A stretch of 63,739 nt of DNA, counting the filler, from Octopus bimaculoides (lineage: Eukaryota), in the NCBI RefSeq assembly GCF_001194135.2. It is 4 parts of 4 records of this genome, joined end to end, with 100 filler letters (N's around TTAATTAATTAA, not from the genome) between each part and the next. Parts side by side here need not be neighbours in the genome. Positions count along the whole stretch, not along the records: positions 54,481 to 62,510 come from NW_026336217.1; positions 62,611 to 63,739 come from NC_068982.1; 2 more parts are not named here. The stretch is one strand, 5' to 3'. This document shows, piece after piece, positions 54,481-63,739 of the stretch. The number at the start of each line of letters is the position of its first letter. The first letter of the stretch is position 1. Below the pieces are notes generated by a model that saw only the letters and a program-made list of their open reading frames with translations, did not search any database and was not told the DNA's origin. Both the position numbers and the translations under genes were made by a program.

Positions 54481-55010
54481 TATATATATATAAGTATTAT
54501 TACTGTTATAAGGTGTTTAGCATTGGCTCTGAAATTAGCAAGATGTATTATATTCCCTATTGAAGCTGAATTTACCTTTTATTGTGCATGTAATACTGTG
54601 AACTTGCTAACCACCTTATTATTACTATAACGGTAATAATACTTATTTATTTAAATTTTCTTATTTGCGATAGTTTTCTCTGAACGGAGCGGAAGGTTTA
54701 AAATAAGAAACGCACACGAGTTAATGTAGTTGAATATTTTAGAAATGTCTATCTTTAACTGAAGATCGCAGAGCATGTTTGAGCATGCAAAGTATGTGTA
54801 ATCAATTGATATTGAAATATACATTCCTTAATAGATGTATTCCAGGTACAGTAAGCCTTTTTCTCGTATATTGATTGCTCCTGTGTATCTATATCGTGAG
54901 TTTTATAGTGTTTTTTTTTAGCATTGGCTCTGATTTTAGCAAGTGGTATTATATACCCTATTGAATATATATATATATATGCATATATATATATATATGC
55001 ATATACATAT

Positions 55011-55046
<36 letters not shown>

Positions 55047-55392
55047 CTCATTAAGTGATGCTTGGATCAAATGAAAGTACTGGTTAGTTACCTATTCAGA
55101 GAATGTTGAACATTACAACTAATATTCAACCGTATACTAACTATATAAACCGTGGTTTATATATATATTTTTATTTAAATAACAAAAGAAAATAGAGAGG
55201 TAATTAATAAATTATTATTTATTAATTAAAAATTTGATATCTCTGACAGTTGTTTTAATTCTAGACCTTCAGAAAATTAATTTATAAAATTAATATCATG
55301 TATGGATGTTTTGTGCATGTACTTATATACATGTATATGTGTATCTGTGTATGTATATATGTATCTGTGCATGTATATGTGTGCTTGTATAC

Positions 55393-55433
<41 letters not shown>

Positions 55434-55436
<3 letters not shown>

Positions 55437-56155
55437 GGTGCGATGGGCAAATTATCGCCATTAAATTTTTTTTTATTTTGCGTATGCGCATTGTTGGTTT
55501 TTGATTTTGTCGACTACACAGTATAGTAGGGTCATTTGGACAATGTCTGGAGAAAAACGGCAGCATGATGCAATTAACTCTGCCAGAAATTTGGGAACGA
55601 CCTGTTGTACTGCTTGGCATTTGCGTTGGAAGCTCCAATATTAAAGTTTCATAGTGTTTGGTTTCAATCTGAGGACAGTGCAATCTGAGAACATGTATCG
55701 AGAGTGATAAAAATCAAACATCCAGTCAACATCATGGTGTTTGGAGTGATCACTAGTGATGGTGATATTATGCTTCCATTCATCTTCCCACTTGGCCTCA
55801 GACTCAATACGGTGGCCTAGATCAAGTACCTGGAGGAGGTAGTGTTGCCCTGGGTCAAGAGGGTGGCTGCTGGAAGACTCCTTTCTGGCAACAGGACTCT
55901 GCACCATGCCACACAAGCAGGAGATCCCAATCATGGCTGTCAGACAACTTCTGCGACCACATCACCCCTAACATCTGCCCACCTAACTTCCCAGATTGCA
56001 ACCCTCTTATGTGCGGGCGCAGTTGAGCGAGAGACCAACAAAACTCATTGTAACAGCAAAGAACATGTCAAGGAACATGACAGCATTGATTAAAACAAGG
56101 AGACCATCCAGAAGAGTTGCATGGGATTCCGAAGTCGTCTGGAGGTGATTTCATA
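55434..56155 (+). mobile_element. decayed maT/Bmmar1-like (Tc1/mariner superfamily) transposon
   Basis: TA-CAGGGTG left end; KIKHPVNIMVFGVITSDGDIMLPFIF..LEEVVLPWVKRVAAGR / WQQDSAPCHTSRRSQSWLSDNFCDHITPNI.PPNFPDCNPL. Confidence 0.85.
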
Positions 56156-57327
56156 GAAAAAAGAATACTCTTTATTATNNNNNNNNNNNNNNNNNNNNNN
56201 NNNNNNNNNNNNNNNNNNNNNNNNNNNNNNNNNNNNNNNNNNNNNNNNNNNNNNNNNNNNNNNNNNNNNNNNNNNNNNNNNNNNNNNNNNNNNNNNNNNN
56301 NNNNNNNNNNNNNNNNNNNNNNNNNNNNNNNNNNNNNNNNNNNNNNNNNNNNNNNNNNNNNNNNNNNNNNNNNNNNNNNNNNNNNNNNNNNNNNNNNNNN
56401 NNNNNNNNNNNNNNNNNNNNNNNNNNNNNNNNNNNNNNNNNNNNNNNNNNNNNNNNNNNNNNNNNNNNNNNNNNNNNNNNNNNNNNNNNNNNNNNNNNNN
56501 NNNNNNNNNNNNNNNNNNNNNNNNNNNNNNNNNNNNNNNNNNNNNNNNNNNNNNNNNNNNNNNNNNNNNNNNNNNNNNNNNNNNNNNNNNNNNNNNNNNN
56601 NNNNNNNNNNNNNNNNNNNNNNNNNNNNNNNNNNNNNNNNNNNNNNNNNNNNNNNNNNNNNNNNNNNNNNNNNNNNNNNNNNNNNNNNNNNNNNNNNNNN
56701 NNNNNNNNNNNNNNNNNNNNNNNNNNNNNNNNNNNNNNNNNNNNNNNNNNNNNNNNNNNNNNNNNNNNNNNNNNNNNNNNNNNNNNNNNNNNNNNNNNNN
56801 NNNNNNNNNNNNNNNNNNNNNNNNNNNNNNNNNNNNNNNNNNNNNNNNNNNNNNNNNNNNNNNNNNNNNNNNNNNNNNNNNNNNNNNNNNNATATATACA
56901 CAATACCCACTTATTAGAAAAATGTTCAGGCTCCATTTGACCATAAATTCTGCTAATGTAATACGCTTAGGGTTAGGGTTATTTACACCTAATTGAATAT
57001 TATCGATTATATCTCTTATAATACATACTATTTTCAACTTTATTACCTTACATTGAGAATTAAAATTCGAATTATAAAAAAAATTGTAAACACTGATTAA
57101 TAATAATTATTAATTAATTTAGAGATTAACTTAGTCATTATGTATCGAGCATGTTTCGTAACTATTTCTATAAAGACTAACTATGATGACGTAATGCACC
57201 ACATTTCTATCTATAACTACTGTAATACCCTTTTTCTAAATTTATACATAACTGAATAATATAGAATATTTCTCTTATTATACACATTATATTTGGCCTA
57301 TCACCTAAATATAAAATTTAAACAATA

Positions 57328-57727
57328 GGCGTAGGAGTGGCTGTGTGGTAAGTAGCTTACTTACCAATCACATGATCCCGGGTTCAGTCCCACTGCCTGG
57401 CATCTTGGGCAAGTGTCTTCTACTATAGCCTCGGGCCGACCAAAGCCTTGTGAGTGGATTTAGTAGACGGAAACTGAAAGAAGCCCGTCGTATATATGTA
57501 TATATATGTGTGTGTGTTTGTGTGTCTGTGTTTGTCCTCCCAACATCGCTTGACAACCGATGCTGGTGTGTTTACGTCCCCGTAACTTAGCGGTTCGGCA
57601 AAAGAGTCCGATACAATAAGTACTAGGCTTCTAAACAATAAGTCCTGGGGTCGATTTGCTCGACTAAAGGTGGTGCTCCAGCATGGCCACAATCAAAATA
57701 CTGAAACAAGTAAAAGAGTAAAAGAAT
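57328..57727 (+). mobile_element. SINE family A, full length
   Basis: AGGCGTAGGAGTGGCTGTGTGGTAAG...GAAACAAGTAAAAGAGTAAAAGAATA. Confidence 0.9.
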
Positions 57728-57852
57728 ATTTAATAATACTTATTAATTAATTAATAGAGATGAACTAAATTCTTATGTATTGAGAATATTCTGTAATTAT
57801 TCTATAAACACCAATTATCATGACATAATGCACCAGATTTCTAGCCATCGCT

Positions 57853-57906
57853 AATATAAACAAATATAAACAAATATAAACAAATATAAACAAATATAAA
57901 CAAATA
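57853..57906. repeat. 10-bp tandem repeat (AATATAAACA)x5
   Basis: Five exact copies. Confidence 0.9.
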
Positions 57907-58301
57907 ACACATATCCATCGTGCTGCTTATATGGGAGGTATATACCTATGCTTTATGCAAATAGCATTTTACGTAAATCAATGTGATCTAATCATTAATT
58001 TATTTATACTATAATATGAATAAATACTATTAAATTGGATGTTGTAATGCTTATGCACGTGTGTGTATATGCGTGCATATATTTATATATATATATATAT
58101 ATGTATTAAAGAAAATTACCACGTGCTCTTGCAGGGAAAAGAAAAGTACACTATGAACGTTTATTTTATTTAAGTACACATTTTTGATAAGGTCTTTAAA
58201 CAACCGAAATATGTAAAATAAGAACATTTTTTAATGTATTCATATAAAGAAATTTAAATGTACCTAATTTTTAAAAAAGTAGCATTTTCGGTCTTCTTTT
58301 T

Positions 58302-58354
<53 letters not shown>

Positions 58355-59079
58355 CTGAGTCTTTTATTGCCATATAATTCTGCATTCACTCGTATAGTGA
58401 TAAACTGTTATAATTAGATACTTTCCAGAAATGCTTAACCACATGTACACAAATTTAAATTTAATATAAGAAGTCCACAAGTTGTTTCTTTATATAATGA
58501 CGTATGTATTTATATATGTGTGTATATATTTATGTGTATTTTATATATGTATGTCTCTATGTACCTATATATGTATATTTTATTCTACCTTATTTTCATT
58601 CTATTTCTACTTCTTTGTTTTATTTTAAGTTTATTTTTTATCTTATTTTTTTAAAATTGTTATCTTTTTATTTTATCTTATTCTTCATTTCACTTAATTC
58701 TATTATACTCAAATTAATCCGTTAACCCTCACGCACATACAGAAATAAAAAAAAAACACAGTTTCATATCTTTTGTCTTCTGGAATGAACAGTTACGTCA
58801 ACATGTAATTTTTTAATGTGTAACTTTTGTTTGCCAGGAAGAAGTGTAGAAGAATATCATTAATGATGTGTGTGTGTGTTTATGGCAAATAGCGACGTTA
58901 TGTGTTACGTTTTAGAAATGAGTGTCAATACTGAGCTTATAAGCATTCAGTATAAAAGCGTGTTGTCGAGAGAATTTCAAAAGCCAAGACTAAAGCAGGA
59001 TTATTTAAATAGAAGAAAGACTAATGTTTATTTAAAGCGGTTAGTGGTGTCGTGTCCTCCAATTTGAAAATAGAAATTT

Positions 59080-59857
59080 TAATTAGTTGCCGTCAGCGAC
59101 CAGGAATTCTGACACAGACGCAGTAGCCCCAATTTGTGACGACTGTGATATCTACGCATCTCTTAGTCGGCCTAGAGTGAAATGAAGGGTGGCTTTTACT
59201 GTTTAGAAAAGGCCTGGATTTCGAGTTCGAGATACGAACGTTCACAGCTACAAACAGTCGTCGCTTATTCAAACCACAAATCAGTGATCTCCATGGTCAA
59301 CCTAGACGGAACACTTAGACACGGATATCGTTACTGGAAGCTCAACGCGTCTTTCCCGGTGCGTAAAACCTACATGGACTGAATTAGCACATTGGTTAAA
59401 TGACAGATGACAGAAACAATCGTCAGCAACATTTGGTGGTGCACTCACAAGAGAGCGATTAGAGTAGGATCAATAGCTTTTCTATCGGCACTTCGAGCGA
59501 CTGTTTGGTGCAATCGGAGACTCGGGGACGGCAGTAAGCTATAGTTCCTACCTCAATCGCCTACCACTCGTATCGGCTGCGCAATGCTGAGAACAGCAGT
59601 CAAGAAACGAGAAGCTTTGAGCGACGGTATGAGACATAAATCGTCTGGTTTGGCTGGTGTATTTTACGAGTTTTATATAGACATTCCAGGCTTGTTTACC
59701 AATCTTCTCGCAGCTATCTACTGCAACTGGCAGCACAACGGGAGAATTCTCAGTTGTGTAAGCCGGGAAGTAGTGACGCCAATGAGGGAAGAGGTGAACA
59801 GTGGTGGGGATGTAATTGAACGTTTCAGACCCATAACTCTAATCAACACAGAGTTTA
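59080..59857 (+). mobile_element. Tx1/L1-clade LINE remnant (APE endonuclease end to RT start)
   Basis: YSNHKSV..GYRYWKLNAS (end of APE domain), IVSNIWW..KRAIR, and KSSGLAGVFYEFY..LLAAIYCNWQHNG..FRPITLINTEF (pre-RT motifs); internally deleted. Confidence 0.8.
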
Positions 59858-59883
59858 ATGATTGCCTTTCTATTTCTTTGTAG

Positions 59884-60275
59884 CTGTTGGTTATTCAACA
59901 CACCTTTCTATGCTGCTTTCCTGGCTCCGGTGGCGATCATTCTCCCCTTCGACCTTACCATGTTTTCTCTCGTTATGTGGCGTCTTATCTGAAGCCAACA
60001 TGACAAGACATTTGAACACAAAACAAAAACAATTCGTGTTTTTGGCATCGCTGGGTTATGCTTCCCGCTTGGAATGCCGTGGATGTTATCGTTCTTCGCT
60101 TTTGGTGAAGCAGCAGAAGTGTTTAATTATCTTTTTGCCATCTTCAATACTCTTCAAGGAATGTTTATCTTCATATTCTACTGCATATACAAAAAAAATA
60201 TCAGGGATATAATCTACCCGTATGTATGTAAACAAAAACCACAGACGCTGAGGGAAGTTCCGAAGAATATAAAAG
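59884..60275 (+). CDS. adhesion-class (7tm_2) GPCR exon: ECL2-TM5-ICL3-TM6-TM7-proximal tail; contains in-frame TGA at 59990-59992
   Basis: Acceptor TTTCTATTTCTTTGTAG (to 59883); donor G|GTAAGT (60276). Translation CWLFNTPFYAAFLAPVAIILPFDLTMFSLVMWRLI*SQHDKTFEHKTKTIRVFGIAGLCFPLGMPWMLSFFAFGEAAEVFNYLFAIFNTLQGMFIFIFYCIYKKNIR...; CWL and YLFAIFNTLQGMFIF are adhesion-GPCR hallmarks. May be a pseudogene. Confidence 0.9.
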
Positions 60276-60426
60276 GTAAGTGCAATTTGGTCTCTCTTAT
60301 TCCTGCCACCAAGAAAATCAATATTGCCATGATGGGGGTAGTCACAAACAACGCTTCTACCAACACCATCGCAATCAACATCACCACCGTTACGATAGAC
60401 ATCATCATAAACATCAACTCCACTGC

Positions 60427-60464
<38 letters not shown>

Positions 60465-60756
60465 CCGTCATCATCGTCATCATCATCGTCGTCATTATCT
60501 TCATCATCATTGTCATCATATATATATATATATATATATATTCTCTGAGTGTATATGTATATATACATACGTACATACATACACATGAAGACAAACGAAA
60601 GAAAGGGGCACTCAGGGCATTACAGTTGCATGTATCAAATGTGGAAGTGAGTCAAACTATTGTTATTTCATTTATGCGCGCGCGCGCGCGTGTGTGCGTA
60701 GTAAGCAATAAAGAATGGATATTTCAAAACGTCACTACACTATTTCAATAGAACGG

Positions 60757-61174
60757 TTACTCTTTTAATTGTTTCAGTTATTTGACTGTGACCATGCAGG
60801 AGCACCGCCTTTAGTCGAGCAAATTGACCCCAGGACTTATTCATTGTAAGCCTAGTACTTATTCTATCGGTGTCTTTTGCCGAACTGCTAAGTTATGGGG
60901 ACGTAAACACACTGCCATCGGTTGTCAAGTGATGTTGGGGGGGGGGGGGCAAACACAGACACTCTAACACATACATTCAAACACATACATACATATACAT
61001 ATATATATATGATGGGCTTCTTTCAGTTTCCGTCTACCAAATCCACTCACAAGGCTTTGGTCGCCCAAAGCTATAGGCGAAGACACATGCCCAAGGTGCC
61101 ACGCAGTGGGACTGATCCCCGAACCATGTGGTTGGTAAGCAAGCTACATACTACACAGCCACGCCTGCGCCTAT
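60757..61174 (-). mobile_element. SINE family A, full length, in GPCR intron
   Basis: Reverse-complement match from TTACTCTTTT tail to CCTGCGCCTAT head. Confidence 0.9.
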
Positions 61175-61919
61175 TCATGTCTCATACAATGTGCAATACA
61201 TATTACATTATGTAAATTCACCTTCCACATTGTCGCAAAAGAAACCCATTTCCTCGAGTGATATTCAACCATCCGGCGAAATACAATCAATGTACGAAGA
61301 TATTTATAAACAAACAGAATGAAATAAGAATTTTCAAAATGGAATAGAGATATTAAAGCCTGTGACAAATCAAATTGCATGATTCAAAAGGCAAATAAAT
61401 TGATATGTCCGTAAGGAATTTAACAAGAGAGTTAATGTCTTGTAATGAACAATACAGCTGTCTCCAAAGTAAGACAGCCAAAGTGACTGGCTCCAAGACG
61501 CCTACCAGGACACGTCCGTTCCTAAGATAACTAATCAAAAATACACTTCGTAGCTGCAAGTGGCATATGTGAAATATATTGTCCATATCCATATATACAC
61601 ACACATATGCCAAAAAAATACTCATTTAGCAGTGTAGAAAATTAAACCACAAACACAATGAATGAATATACATACAGCTACGTAAAATATAAGGGATGCA
61701 AACCTTTAACTGAATAGAAGTAAACCATTCATCTTTTTATTCCTAAACCAATATTTGTTGATATTTCACAACATACTCCTGAAAATTATTACTGCTAAGT
61801 AGTGTAATTACTCCTTTCAATATAAATTTTGTTGTTCATCCCTGCTTCTTCTCTAGTAACATATTTTACTTTTGGAAAAAAAAATTAATGTTTACATAAT
61901 TTTCTGGTTATGCTTCCAG

Positions 61920-61972
61920 CGTCAAGCTTCGGTAAGGAAGCAGGAGATGAAACAGCAGAGACGGACTTATAA
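61920..61972 (+). CDS. candidate terminal coding exon of the adhesion GPCR, (A)SSFGKEAGDETAETDL*
   Basis: Acceptor ATAATTTTCTGGTTATGCTTCCAG; matches the phase-1 donor at 60275; open to TAA at 61970-61972; ends in T-x-L. Confidence 0.55.
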
Positions 61973-62269
61973 ATGAAAATCAAGGAAATGTTTTCAAGAC
62001 AAGTCTTTGACGTCAAAAGATTATATTTCCTTTTTATATTATATTAAACATTTTTCGATATAACGTACCTTTAGTTTTACCTATCAATATAACATAATGT
62101 AACTAAGAAACTGTATAATCCAAAATCATACGATTTTAAAGAAGCTTAAATGCCTGACCATCGCTGAGACTCAGAAAACCTGAAAACCTTGCTTGATTTC
62201 AAAGGCAGCAAATATATTCCAGCTGCCAATTTCATATTTACTTTTTTATATACGTTTATATATATTCTT

Positions 62270-62470
62270 GTATATTTCACTTGTTTCAGTCATTTGACTG
62301 CGCCCATGCTGGTGCATCACCTTGAAGGGTTTAGTCGAACAAATCGACACCAGGACTTATTATTTTTCAAGCCTGGTACTTTGCCGAAACGCTAAGTTTT
62401 GGTGACGTAAACACAGCAACACCCGTTGTCAAGCGGTGAAGTAGAGGCCAACACAGACTCTAAGACACAC
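62270..62470 (-). mobile_element. SINE family A, 3' part
   Basis: Reverse-complement tail match CTTGTTTCAGTCATTTGACTGCG...GTTGTCAAGCG. Confidence 0.75.
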
Positions 62471-62477
62471 ACACATG

Positions 62478-62510
<33 letters not shown>

Positions 62511-62610
62511 NNNNNNNNNNNNNNNNNNNNNNNNNNNNNNNNNNNNNNNNNNNNTTAATTAATTAANNNNNNNNNNNNNNNNNNNNNNNNNNNNNNNNNN
62601 NNNNNNNNNN
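62511..62610. other. artificial scaffold linker 44N-TTAATTAATTAA-44N
   Basis: Core at 62555-62566; 100 bp total. Confidence 0.9.
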
Positions 62611-62963
62611 AAGACTACCCTTTCAGATATACTTTCATTGTGATTTCTGCAATGTGGTGCATAAATTGTCAAGTAAATGAGACGCATCTTTGCCTCCACT
62701 GATTCACTTGCAAAGTGTTAAGTAAAATGATTTCGTTGCAGACCTCCTTTGGGTCTTTTTATTATCACTACGACACACATAGTCCCCAGTTGGTAACATT
62801 GATTTCAAGGCCCTCCTAGATGAGAGACTGGCATTCCATTTAATGTCTATGTTCCATGCTGGCATGGATTGGAGAGTTATTAATGTAGAAATATGGTATC
62901 GTAGCTACTAACAGTTGAGGGTTGCGTAGTCTAGACGGCGTTTTTAGATTTCATTATTCTCTT

Positions 62964-62995
62964 TAACCCGAGCAAAGCCGGGTATTTCTGCTAGT
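62964..62995 (+). mobile_element. Helitron-type 3' terminus
   Basis: Hairpin ACCCG-AGCAAAGC-CGGGT followed a few nt later by CTAG-T. Confidence 0.55.
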
Positions 62996-63439
62996 GGATA
63001 TATATATGTATAGTATATTGTGAAATAATAGCAGGAAAATCAATATCAAAAACTCTACACAAAGACATATATGTAAAAGAGTATTGTATTTAAAATATAT
63101 ATTGTATATGTAAATATATGAAGTATGACACTTTTAAAGTTAAGTATTTAACGCATCTTACGATCGTTTCGCTAAAGTATTGTCATTATAATGGAATCCA
63201 AGATTGATAAACATTGATAGGCAATGGAGAGGGTGATGTTTGTATAATTAATCGAATGCTATGTTTGAGATATGAAAGAATATACGGAAAGGGTGTTTTT
63301 TTAAATATAAATTAAAAGTTACTGGCTCCTATTAAATGTCTAAATACGTTAATAGCATTAATACTCTGACACTTATATACAAAGAGCACTCATTTTAAAT
63401 TCTCATGGAATATATTTAATTAAGGATATATATATATAT

Positions 63440-63483
<44 letters not shown>

Positions 63484-63486
63484 AGG

Positions 63487-63547
<61 letters not shown>

Positions 63548-63669
63548 ATAGATATATAGATATCGTAAAATATCAAACGTTATTGTCGAGTTAGAAAACA
63601 GAGAAATAATGTATCTTGGATAAATATCCCTATAAAAAGTTTAAAATCCTCATTGTGACTATATATATA

Positions 63670-63739
<70 letters not shown>

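Noticed and set aside
56965-56980. TTAGGGTTAGGG telomere-like motif
   Set aside because: Only two units, interstitial, inside repeat-like DNA.
60276-60751. Extension of the GPCR ORF to 225 aa as in the ORF track
   Set aside because: Reads through a strong GTAAGT donor into (ATC)n/(TA)n intronic repeats.
61173-61322. Alternative GPCR tail (..SSSDIQPSGEIQSMYEDIYKQTE*) possibly split by the SINE
   Set aside because: No in-phase acceptor without assuming precise SINE removal; 61920-61972 fits better.

Overview
AT-rich, gap-ridden eukaryotic DNA made almost entirely of microsatellites, tRNA-derived SINEs and decayed transposons (mariner, Tc1, maT, piggyBac-, hAT- and Helitron-type ends; Dong/R4, RTE, CR1, Tx1/L1 and Penelope retroelement fragments). 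The repeat families and microsatellite density resemble an Octopus genome (inference, not database-verified). Three identical 44N-TTAATTAATTAA-44N linkers split the window into four separately assembled blocks. The only host-gene sequence I can support is the 3' end of an adhesion-class (7tm_2) GPCR on the + strand. Its TM5-TM7 exon (59884-60275) has clean splice sites but an in-frame TGA, and an in-phase candidate last exon (61920-61972) ends in a PDZ-type motif (ETDL*). The most notable unannotated signal is a structurally complete type I hammerhead ribozyme at about 8377-8476. Several long fold-backs and inverted SINE pairs are candidate dsRNA substrates. Nearly all long ORFs in the supplied track are microsatellite or N-gap artefacts. 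Repeat boundaries are by eye and approximate.
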